DNA of 64,000 bases from an uncultured Bacteroidota bacterium. GTDB taxonomy: Bacteria > Bacteroidota > Bacteroidia > Chitinophagales > LD1. Under the pieces are notes generated by a model. It was not told where the DNA came from. It made no database searches and saw only the letters and a program-made list of their open reading frames with translations. Where the stretch lies: positions 13,537 to 77,536 of the forward strand of contig CAIXGR010000007.1 of NCBI GenBank assembly GCA_903919075.1. The letters are read 5' to 3'. This document shows positions 28,082 through 36,513 of the stretch, piece by piece (position 1 is the stretch's first letter; every line of letters starts with the position of its first letter). Made by a program: the position numbers and the translations under genes.

Positions 28082-30313
28082 TTATTCTTGTAAAGCTTTT
28101 TCAAGGGCGTTTTCATACAGATCTTGGAAAGCACTTGCCACCCCCCATCTTTCCTTGTCTATATATACCATAGCCGAGGTTACAATGCCAATATTTGAGA
28201 ATTCGACATCATGTTGGGTAAGAATATTGATAAACTCGTTTTCCTTGCTTTGTTTTACTGAAACAACTACTATGCTTTGCGATTCGCCAAATAAAAAGGC
28301 GTCTTTACGAATATCTGTATCGCTTTCTATCTCGAAACCTTTTTTACCTGCAATAGCCGATTCAAGCAGGTTAATGAACAACCCACCTTCTGAAATGTCG
28401 TGGGCCGATGCTATAACCTGTTCGGCAATCAATTCTTTTACTGCTTTTTGCACTTTAACTTCGGTTTCCAAATCAAAATAAGGAGCAGGGGAGTTGCTCA
28501 CTTCATGATAACCCGTTAAGTACTCAGATGAAGAAATGTCATTCTTCATTTCGCCAATAATATAAATTTTATCGCCTGAGCTTTTGAAGTTAAGCGACAT
28601 GGCAGTTTCCTTATCTTCAATTATCCCAATCATACCTATAACTGGGGTAGGCATTACTGCACCACCTTCGGGTGATTGATTGTAGAAAGAAACATTGCCA
28701 CCTGTAACTGGTGTGCCAAGAGCCTCGCAGGCTTTCGACATTCCTTTAATAGTATTTGCAAATTGCCAGAAAACTTCTGGTGTATATGGATTGCCAAAAT
28801 TAAGACAATTGGTAATTGCAGATGGCTCGGCACCACTACATATAATATTACGTGCTGCTTCGGCTACCGCTATTTGGCTGCCGGTTAAAGGATCGGCCCA
28901 TACGTATCGGGCATTACAATCAACAGTTACTGCCAAATACTTATTGCTCTCCTGCAATCTTAATACTGTAGCATCTGAAGGATTGTTGGTAGAGGTATTA
29001 GCTATACCAACCATGGAGTCATACTGTTCGTATATCCATTTTTTGGAAGCAATGTTTAGTTGTTGCGATAAAAACTCAGCTACCTTTTTAAGGTTATCAG
29101 GCTCTTGAATAGATTCAATATCGAATTTTTTATTCTCAGCAAAGTATGCAGGCTCTTTTTGCTCTCTATCATAAACCGGTGCGCCACCTCCCAGCACTAA
29201 AGATTCGGCAGGAATTTTAGCTACCAGTTCATTGTTCATATAATATTCAAGTATTCCACCATTGGTTACTTCACCTATTACTGAACAGTGTAAATCCCAT
29301 TTTTGGAAAACAGCCTCCAATTCTTTTTCCATTCCCTTCTTTGCCACTATTAGCATTCTTTCCTGCGATTCGGAAAGTAGAATTTCGGCAGGCTTCATTC
29401 CTTCTTGGCGAGTAGGCGCTTTATCCAAGTGTATTTTCATTCCTGATTTTCCCTTTGCACTCATTTCGGATGTTGAGCATACAATACCTGCAGCACCCAT
29501 ATCTTGCATACCAACTATAGCGCCGGTTTTAATGGCCTCAAGTGTAGCTTCAAGCAATTGTTTTTGTTGGAATGGATCGCCAACCTGAACAGCTGGTAAA
29601 TCTTTTGCTGAGTCATCTTTAATTTCTTTCGATGCAAATGCAGCTCCATGAATACCATCTTTACCGGTTGATGAACCTACTATATAAACAGGGTTTCCTG
29701 CTCCATATGCAGTTGCCGAAACTGTTTCGCCAACCTTTACAATGCCAACGCTCATGGCATTTACAAGAGGATTAGTTTGATACGATTTATCAAAATATAC
29801 TTCGCCGCCAACAGTAGCCACTCCGAAACAATTTCCATAATTGCCAATGCCTTTAACTACTTCTTTTAATAAATGCTTTGTTTTGTCATCTTTCAAATCG
29901 CCAAAACGCAACGAGTTAAGCGAGCATATTGGGCGCGCACCCATGGTAAATATGTCGCGGTGGATACCACCTACACCAGTGGCAGCACCTTGGTATGGTT
30001 CTAATGCCGATGGATGGTTATGCGATTCTATTTTAAAAGCACAAGCAAGTCCGTCACCTAAATCTATAAGGCCTGCGTTTTCTTCACCTGCTTCAACCAA
30101 AAGCTGTTTGCCTTTGCGCGGTAAAGTTTTTAGCAGCTTAATCGAGTTTTTATAGCTGCAATGTTCGCTCCACATTACCGAGAAAATGCTCAACTCATTA
30201 TAGTTGGGCACCCTGCCCAAAATCTGTTTAATCTTTTCAAATTCTTCGGGAAGTAAACCAAGTTTTTTTGCGGTTTCGGGTGTTGCTTGTTCCAGGTGTG
30301 CTGCTGTGCTCAT
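28082..30313 (-). CDS. purL: Phosphoribosylformylglycinamidine synthase subunit PurL (FGAM synthase II)
   Basis: 743 aa with SEHCSYK, ESHNHPSALEPYQGAATGVGGIHRD and duplicated AIR-synthase-like domains. Confidence 0.93.
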   Translation of the reverse strand: MSTAAHLEQATPETAKKLGLLPEEFEKIKQILGRVPNYNELSIFSVMWSEHCSYKNSIKLLKTLPRKGKQLLVEAGEENAGLIDLGDGLACAFKIESHNHPSALEPYQGAATGVGGIHRDIFTMGARPICSLNSLRFGDLKDDKTKHLLKEVVKGIGNYGNCFGVATVGGEVYFDKSYQTNPLVNAMSVGIVKVGETVSATAYGAGNPVYIVGSSTGKDGIHGAAFASKEIKDDSAKDLPAVQVGDPFQQKQLLEATLEAIKTGAIVGMQDMGAAGIVCSTSEMSAKGKSGMKIHLDKAPTRQEGMKPAEILLSESQERMLIVAKKGMEKELEAVFQKWDLHCSVIGEVTNGGILEYYMNNELVAKIPAESLVLGGGAPVYDREQKEPAYFAENKKFDIESIQEPDNLKKVAEFLSQQLNIASKKWIYEQYDSMVGIANTSTNNPSDATVLRLQESNKYLAVTVDCNARYVWADPLTGSQIAVAEAARNIICSGAEPSAITNCLNFGNPYTPEVFWQFANTIKGMSKACEALGTPVTGGNVSFYNQSPEGGAVMPTPVIGMIGIIEDKETAMSLNFKSSGDKIYIIGEMKNDISSSEYLTGYHEVSNSPAPYFDLETEVKVQKAVKELIAEQVIASAHDISEGGLFINLLESAIAGKKGFEIESDTDIRKDAFLFGESQSIVVVSVKQSKENEFINILTQHDVEFSNIGIVTSAMVYIDKERWGVASAFQDLYENALEKALQE

Positions 30314-30566
30314 AGTATTAATACAAATGTAGATTAGTAATTGAGCGGCAAATTTAGTTTTCCGGCGCGTTTTTGAAAGCTATTGTTGATAAATAGGCGA
30401 TACTTAAAAAAATAATATTGAATGGAGATAGAGATTAACTATAGAAAACACTGTGAAGTAACAATTGAGTATTAACCTTATTAGCAAATTTTGTGCTTGC
30501 GTTTTTGGCTTTCGGCTTATTTTTCAATAGCATTGCCTTGCTTTTTGAAAAAAGCGCGCCCACTTC

Positions 30567-31289
30567 ATGAAAAGAAAAAAGATATTTATAGTGCTGGCAG
30601 TTGTTGCAATTATTGCAGGATGCGGTAAGGGTGTGCCTTTTGATGGCGCAAAAATAGCTACTGTTACTAATGTTAAGGCTAATTATACTACCACCTATAC
30701 TTATAATGCTGATGGCGCTATCGCCTCAATGAAGCAAAATACAGGAAGCAAAGTTACTTTTCAGTATAACGACAGTAACGTTTTGCAGAATAACTACACA
30801 CTTGGGCAAAATGTAAGCAGCGCAATAAGCTATACTAAAAATGCAGCAGGCCTAGTTGATACTGCCCAAGGTGAATATCTTTATGGAAATTACAGCTACG
30901 CCTTTATTTTTGATGGCAATTCGCAAATTACGCAGCAAAAAAATTATGTATTAGGAGCTTTGCAGTCAACTGTTACTTATACTAACGTAAACAAGAACGT
31001 TTATAAAATTGACAGTAACCTTGTGGGTTCCAATACGCATTTTTACGACTACTATACTTATATCCCAAGTAATTCAAATAGTATTGGAGTTCAAAACCAA
31101 GGAAGATTTTTTCTCGGCGCAAGCTCTGCCAACTTAGTTTTATCTGACGTTAAAATTGACAATAATCTTGATACGGTTGATGTAATTAGTTACCGGTACC
31201 GGTACGACGTAAATGGTTTTGTTGATACGCTTTCTTCATATCATCGTACAGGGCAACTAATCGACTCTTTGATTTTTACTTATTATTAG
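30567..31289 (+). CDS. Hypothetical lipoprotein
   Basis: Lipobox (VAIIAGCGKG). Y/N/T-rich repeats. No recognisable catalytic motif. Confidence 0.5.
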   Translation: MKRKKIFIVLAVVAIIAGCGKGVPFDGAKIATVTNVKANYTTTYTYNADGAIASMKQNTGSKVTFQYNDSNVLQNNYTLGQNVSSAISYTKNAAGLVDTAQGEYLYGNYSYAFIFDGNSQITQQKNYVLGALQSTVTYTNVNKNVYKIDSNLVGSNTHFYDYYTYIPSNSNSIGVQNQGRFFLGASSANLVLSDVKIDNNLDTVDVISYRYRYDVNGFVDTLSSYHRTGQLIDSLIFTYY

Positions 31290-31307
31290 GAATAAAGGAA
31301 AGTCAAC

Positions 31308-32585
31308 CTACTTTTTTACTTGAAAAATCAAGTTTTTAAAATAGTTCCAATCTTCTTTATTATAGGCTAATGCTTTAAACGAAATTTTATTGTCGGCTAT
31401 ATAATAAGTGAACAGGATAGACGCCACTACCGCAAACGATAAGGCAGCTGCCAAACCTGCACCACTCATTACATAGTCTGGAATTAAAAGGCGGCTAAAA
31501 ATTATCAGCGATACAAACCCAATAAAGTTCGAAAATATTAATGGCGCATATTTACCTATGCCCAAATAAAAGCTGCTAATAACAATAGGCAGGCTGTAAA
31601 CTAATATGCCGGGCAATAAAAAACGCATGCTATGTTTTACATCTGCAAAGCCGGGCCCGAAAATCAATGAATAAAAACCGGCGGGCACCAACCATATCAT
31701 GAACAGGGCAAGCGAAGATAATGCGAAACTTACCTTTAGTAGTTGTGCCGTTCGGTTTGCCTGTTGCTTTACTTCTTCAGAGTGAGATGTTGAAACATAA
31801 TGCACTGTTGAAATACTGCGCGGTATAATCCAAACTGCTTCCAAAATGGAAATGCCTATTGAGAATACTCCCAAATATTGGCTGCCTTCTTGCAAACCAA
31901 GTTTGTAAAAATAATAGCGCAGGTTAAGTAGTTGCAAAATTTCAACCAGCTGGTATAATAACCCATACCGGAAGGATGTTTTCATTTCCTTTAAAGAAAA
32001 ATCTTTCACAAAAGCCGAAAACCGTACAAACTTTTTGATTAAAAAAAAGCTGGCTATAGCTGCAAAGAAATATGCTACCAACGAGGCATATATATAAGCA
32101 TAGGCGCTACTTATTTTCATAAAATAAAAGCAAAATAAAATTCCTGCCAACTGAAAAAGCAGGGGTACCACCTGCACAATATTTGAATTGGTAATTTGCC
32201 TGCGTGCCAATAGAATGGTTTGATGAATGCTAACTATAGATGAAAGAAAGCTGAGCATAGCAATAGAAGGAATGTGATTGGCACTTACAATATGCGCCGA
32301 TTTAAGAAATACAAATCCTGCTATGGCAATAATTACTGACCATAGGTATGCCGGTATTACCAATAATTCTATTTTGTTACGAGGTATAAGGTACACAAGT
32401 GCCTGGCCGCCCAGTATATTGCTTAAAAAAATAAAGAACCAAATGGTTGTTATCAGAAGAGTAACTTCGCCTTTTATTGCTGGGCCGGCATGGCGTGCAA
32501 TAAGCAACGCAATAAGGAAATTGAGGAAGGTGGAAACACCACGGGCAAAAACAGTATTGATAATTAGCCGTTGCAAAAGGAACAA
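31308..32585 (-). CDS. Wzx-like oligosaccharide/polysaccharide flippase (MOP superfamily)
   Basis: 425 aa with about 12 TM segments. The N-terminus (..NTVFARGVSTFLNFLIALLIARHAGPAIKGE) is typical of the polysaccharide biosynthesis protein family. Confidence 0.7.
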   Translation of the reverse strand: MFLLQRLIINTVFARGVSTFLNFLIALLIARHAGPAIKGEVTLLITTIWFFIFLSNILGGQALVYLIPRNKIELLVIPAYLWSVIIAIAGFVFLKSAHIVSANHIPSIAMLSFLSSIVSIHQTILLARRQITNSNIVQVVPLLFQLAGILFCFYFMKISSAYAYIYASLVAYFFAAIASFFLIKKFVRFSAFVKDFSLKEMKTSFRYGLLYQLVEILQLLNLRYYFYKLGLQEGSQYLGVFSIGISILEAVWIIPRSISTVHYVSTSHSEEVKQQANRTAQLLKVSFALSSLALFMIWLVPAGFYSLIFGPGFADVKHSMRFLLPGILVYSLPIVISSFYLGIGKYAPLIFSNFIGFVSLIIFSRLLIPDYVMSGAGLAAALSFAVVASILFTYYIADNKISFKALAYNKEDWNYFKNLIFQVKK

Positions 32586-32645
32586 GTTTATGGCAGCAAA
32601 TTAAAAACCTTTCAAAGATTTTTAGATTTTAGTATTTTTTACCGC

Positions 32646-33947
32646 ATGGTTCAATTATTATATATAGCGCTTTATATTTTTTATACCGGTGTTTTTCTTT
32701 TTGGTATATCAAAGCTAAAGTTTTTTGAAATGGAAGCCACTTCTAAAAAGTTGCTTTCACTTTTCTTTCTTTTAAAGGTAGTTGCAGGCTTATTGCTTAC
32801 ACTTGTTTACACCTATTATTATACCGATACCACTAAAGCTGATATTTACCGATACTTCAACGACAGCAAAATTATCTCGTCAATATTATTTTCAAACCCG
32901 AAGGTATGGCTTAAAATAATGAGTGGCTTGGGAATAAATGATGCTGACACTTTTAGGCACATTGCCCCTACCTGGTATTTCAGCCATCCTGCCGCAGACA
33001 TGGTTACCAGTAATTCTTTTTTTATAAGGGTTCTATCGGTGCTCAATTATTTTTCATTTTATAATATTTATATTAACACCCTGTTGCTTAACTTTATTGC
33101 GTTTACCGGTTTGGTTGCTCTTTATAAAACACTTCGTCCTTATTTTGACGAATTCGAGCAGCTTCTTTATTTGCCTGTTTTTTTGCTGCCTTCAGTTGTT
33201 TTTTGGAGTTCGGGTTTGCTGAAGGAATCTTTTTTGCTTACCGGTATTGCTCTTTATTTATATGCATGGCCCGGGTTTAATAATTTACGTTTATGGAAGA
33301 GCATGTTTTTTATACCAATTGCCTTAATGATTATTGGGCTTACTAAAATTTATGTAGCAGTGCTTTTGTTATCGTTCAGTTTGTTCTTGCCTTCCAGAAA
33401 TTCAATTAACGCTTTGCCATCTGCATTTCGCCGAAGGCTATTGGTTTTTGTAGCCGCGTGTTTAGTTGTAATGAATTATTACGGGCAAAGCTTTTGCGAA
33501 AAGATAATTGAAAAGCGCAACGAGTTTACAGCGCTTGTTATATCTGAAAAAGCTGGTAGTGCATTAGATACGAAATTGCTTACGCCAGATTGTAGCAATC
33601 TTATTTCAATTCTTCCGTCCTCATTGGTCAACTCAGTATTGCGTCCTTTTATTTGGGCTGGGGGTGCAATATTTCAAAGCATTTTTGCTGTTGAAAATGC
33701 CATGTTCATTTTGTTAATGTTGGTGTTGCTTACCTTTTTTTTCAAATGGCCCGATGCTAAAAAATTACGGCTGGCTGTTTTTTGTTTTCTCTTTGCCTTC
33801 TTCAATTATCTTATTATTGGGCTTACGGTACCTGTTATGGGGGCTATTGTTCATTACCGGGTGGTGGCTGCACCGTTTTTATTTATTGGGGTTTTGTTGT
33901 TGCTAGATTTGGATAAGATTAAAAGCAAGTTTAACCCAAGAAGCTAA
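32646..33947 (+). CDS. Uncharacterised polytopic membrane protein (Wzy- or GT-C-like candidate)
   Basis: The start is moved to the Met at 32646 so it no longer overlaps the divergent flippase start. It has about 10 or more hydrophobic segments and no motif I can assign. Confidence 0.5.
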   Translation: MVQLLYIALYIFYTGVFLFGISKLKFFEMEATSKKLLSLFFLLKVVAGLLLTLVYTYYYTDTTKADIYRYFNDSKIISSILFSNPKVWLKIMSGLGINDADTFRHIAPTWYFSHPAADMVTSNSFFIRVLSVLNYFSFYNIYINTLLLNFIAFTGLVALYKTLRPYFDEFEQLLYLPVFLLPSVVFWSSGLLKESFLLTGIALYLYAWPGFNNLRLWKSMFFIPIALMIIGLTKIYVAVLLLSFSLFLPSRNSINALPSAFRRRLLVFVAACLVVMNYYGQSFCEKIIEKRNEFTALVISEKAGSALDTKLLTPDCSNLISILPSSLVNSVLRPFIWAGGAIFQSIFAVENAMFILLMLVLLTFFFKWPDAKKLRLAVFCFLFAFFNYLIIGLTVPVMGAIVHYRVVAAPFLFIGVLLLLDLDKIKSKFNPRS

Positions 33948-34145
33948 TTACCAACTGGCAGTTTCCCAAGTGCCGCCTGCCTGCGCACAACCGTTTTCAA
34001 GCAAATTTAATTGAGCCGAGTTATAGTCTTTAGCACAGTATTGGTAAGTGCTTGAGCCCGGGTTTACGCAATTGTAACATTTTTTGCACGATGATGCAGT
34101 TATTATAAAGCCCGTAGCTAAAAAAGCCGCCAGAAGAAATTTCAT
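33948..34145 (-). CDS. Small Cys-rich lipoprotein (65 aa)
   Basis: The start is set at the internal Met (MKFLLAAFLATGFIITASSC, lipobox). The mature part of about 45 aa has 5 further Cys residues (CKKCYNC..C..C). Confidence 0.45.
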   Translation of the reverse strand: MKFLLAAFLATGFIITASSCKKCYNCVNPGSSTYQYCAKDYNSAQLNLLENGCAQAGGTWETASW

Positions 34146-34196
34146 GTAATAATCTTGAAAGCCAAAAATACAATTTAACCCGAAATACATAAATAG

Positions 34197-34272
34197 GGTG
34201 TTAACACTTTTAAAGTTAAGCTATTAATAATCAATATTTTACTTAAAAACAGTGTTAACACCTGTGAACACC
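34197..34272 (+). repeat. Composite palindromic intergenic element, copy B core (variant arms)
   Basis: The core reads GGTGTTAACAC (34197-34207), 15 nt, ATTAATAATCAAT (34223-34235), 16 nt, then GTGTTAACACCTGTGAACACC (34252-34272). The 15/13/16 spacing is the same as in copy C. Confidence 0.7.
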
Positions 34273-34371
34273 TTTTGTTTCAATTTTAATAAAACCACCT
34301 TTTTAGGCTATCCGAAATACCGGCATCTACAATCTAAATTTAGTTCGTCCGTCATCAGTCAAATATTTGGT

Positions 34372-34379
34372 TACTTTTG
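34372..34379 (+). promoter_or_regulatory. Candidate -7 promoter box (TAnnTTTG) for yidC
   Basis: TACTTTTG lies 44 nt upstream of the ATG at 34423. This is a motif match only. Confidence 0.3.
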
Positions 34380-34422
34380 CCCGCTCAAAAGTTGAACAAG
34401 AATTGCAGTTGCAACTAATCCC

Positions 34423-36321
34423 ATGATGAAGAATAAAGAAACACTAATAGGTTGGACGCTGGTTATAGCGTTGATGATAGGTTTTGTTTTTTACCAGAAC
34501 AAAAAATTTGCTGAAGAGCAGGAGAAAAAGAAAGCCCTGCAAAAAACCGAAAAAACTGAAAAGGGAAGCCCTACAAGCACTGCCCCTACGGTTACCAGTA
34601 GTTCCGATACCACACCGGTAGCGGCTTTTAAGCCAATTAACCCCAATGCTGATAGTTTAGTGCTTTCAGAAGAGTTTGGTGCGTTTTCTGCAGCTGCAAA
34701 AGGCGATGAAAAACTTTTTGTAATAGAGAACGATGTTCAAAAAATTACACTTACCAATAAGGGCGGCCAAATAAAAAGTGTTGAGCTTAAAAAATATAAA
34801 ACATGGGATAAACAACCCCTTATACTTTTTACTAATAAAACAAACAGCCTGGGCTACCAATTTCCCATTGATAACAACCGGATAATTGATACCCGCCAGT
34901 TTTATTTTGTACCCGAGGGCGAATCATTTACGGTAACCGGTGATTCATCAAAATCATTCGCCCTGCGCTTATATGCCGGCGATGGAAAATATTTTGAAGA
35001 AAAATTTACTTTAAAAGGAAACTCGTACCTGTTTAATTACGATATCAATGTAGTAGGTTTGAACAGTATAATTCCAGCCAACAATACTTTTTTAAGTGTA
35101 AGTTGGGATAATACTTTGGTTAGTTTAGAGCACAACATACAACTTGAAAGAAGGTACTCTGCCCTTTACTATAAATATAACCACAGCGATGTAACGCATT
35201 TAAGCGAGGATAAGGAAAGCGAAGATGCTAATTTCGATACGCCACTGGAATGGATTTCGTACAAGCAGCAATTTTTTAATACCACACTTTTCAGCAACGG
35301 TCAATTTGAAAGAGGAAAGTTAAGTACACACTTTAATAAAAACGATAATGCGTTTGTAAAGCAATACCGGTCTAATTTTACCATTCCGTATAAAAGTGGC
35401 GATAAGGTTAATTACGCGTTCCAGTTTTTTATGGGCCCCAATAATTACAACATGTTGGCAGGCTTAGATAAGGATAGAGATGTGCAAAGCATTATTAAAC
35501 TAAGTCCAGATTTTTGGCTTTTCTCGTGGATAAAATATATTACCCGCTTCATCATTTTTGTATTTAGTTGGTTCAATCACATCAACCTAAATTTTGGTAT
35601 CATCATTTTATTGATGACCATTCTTTTAAAAATTGTTCTGCATCCGCTTACAGCAAAATCTATTGAAAGCGCTGCAAAAATGAAAATTCTTGCACCGGAG
35701 TTAGCAGCACTAAAAGAAAAATACGGCGACGACCAAGGTAAAATAGGGCAGGAGCAAATGAAAATATATTCCAAAGCAGGTGTAAGCCCGCTTGGTGGAT
35801 GTTTGCCTTTATTAATACAAATGCCCATACTAATGGCCATGTATTATTTCTTCCCTGCTTCAATTGAGTTGCGCCAACAAGCATTTCTTTGGGCTACGGA
35901 TCTTTCCAGTTACGATTCAATAGCTACCTTCTCAAGCACGCTGCCGCTAATTGGCGACCACATCAGTTTATTTACCATATTAATGACCATCACATCAGTA
36001 GGTCAAGCGGTTATGAACGGGCAAATGAATGCCATGGGCAATCAGCAACCGGGCATGAAATACATGCCTTACTTTATGCCTATTTTGCTCATGTTTATGT
36101 TCAATAATTTTCCAGCGGCGCTTACTTATTACTACTTGTTGCAAAATTTATTAGGTATAGGCCATCAATGGATTATTCAGAAGTTTTTCATTAACGAAGA
36201 AAAACTACGCCGACAAATTGAAGAGAATAAGAAAAACCCTAAACCGGCGTCTACTTGGCAAAAAAAATTGGCTGATATGCAAAAACAGGCGGAACAACGT
36301 AGTAAGCCAAGAAAAGCTTGA
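34423..36321 (+). CDS. yidC: Membrane protein insertase YidC
   Basis: 632 aa with an N-terminal TM segment, a large periplasmic domain, and a conserved C-terminal core (LLMTILLKIVLHPLT..MKILAPEL..LKEKYGDD..KIYSKAGVSPLGGCLPLLIQMPIL). Confidence 0.93.
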   Translation: MMKNKETLIGWTLVIALMIGFVFYQNKKFAEEQEKKKALQKTEKTEKGSPTSTAPTVTSSSDTTPVAAFKPINPNADSLVLSEEFGAFSAAAKGDEKLFVIENDVQKITLTNKGGQIKSVELKKYKTWDKQPLILFTNKTNSLGYQFPIDNNRIIDTRQFYFVPEGESFTVTGDSSKSFALRLYAGDGKYFEEKFTLKGNSYLFNYDINVVGLNSIIPANNTFLSVSWDNTLVSLEHNIQLERRYSALYYKYNHSDVTHLSEDKESEDANFDTPLEWISYKQQFFNTTLFSNGQFERGKLSTHFNKNDNAFVKQYRSNFTIPYKSGDKVNYAFQFFMGPNNYNMLAGLDKDRDVQSIIKLSPDFWLFSWIKYITRFIIFVFSWFNHINLNFGIIILLMTILLKIVLHPLTAKSIESAAKMKILAPELAALKEKYGDDQGKIGQEQMKIYSKAGVSPLGGCLPLLIQMPILMAMYYFFPASIELRQQAFLWATDLSSYDSIATFSSTLPLIGDHISLFTILMTITSVGQAVMNGQMNAMGNQQPGMKYMPYFMPILLMFMFNNFPAALTYYYLLQNLLGIGHQWIIQKFFINEEKLRRQIEENKKNPKPASTWQKKLADMQKQAEQRSKPRKA

Positions 36322-36513
36322 TACCGGTAAGAAGCTAGTAACAACCTGATTTTTATCCCCCAATAAAATCTGGAATAGTGTTAACTTTTTTGAATAGTGT
36401 TAATGATTTACGCTTCTGTGACAAATAATTAACAACTGAATAATGGCGATTGAAAAAAACATTTACTTTTGGCATCCAATATTAATTCATCAAAACTCAA
36501 AACACAACTACAA

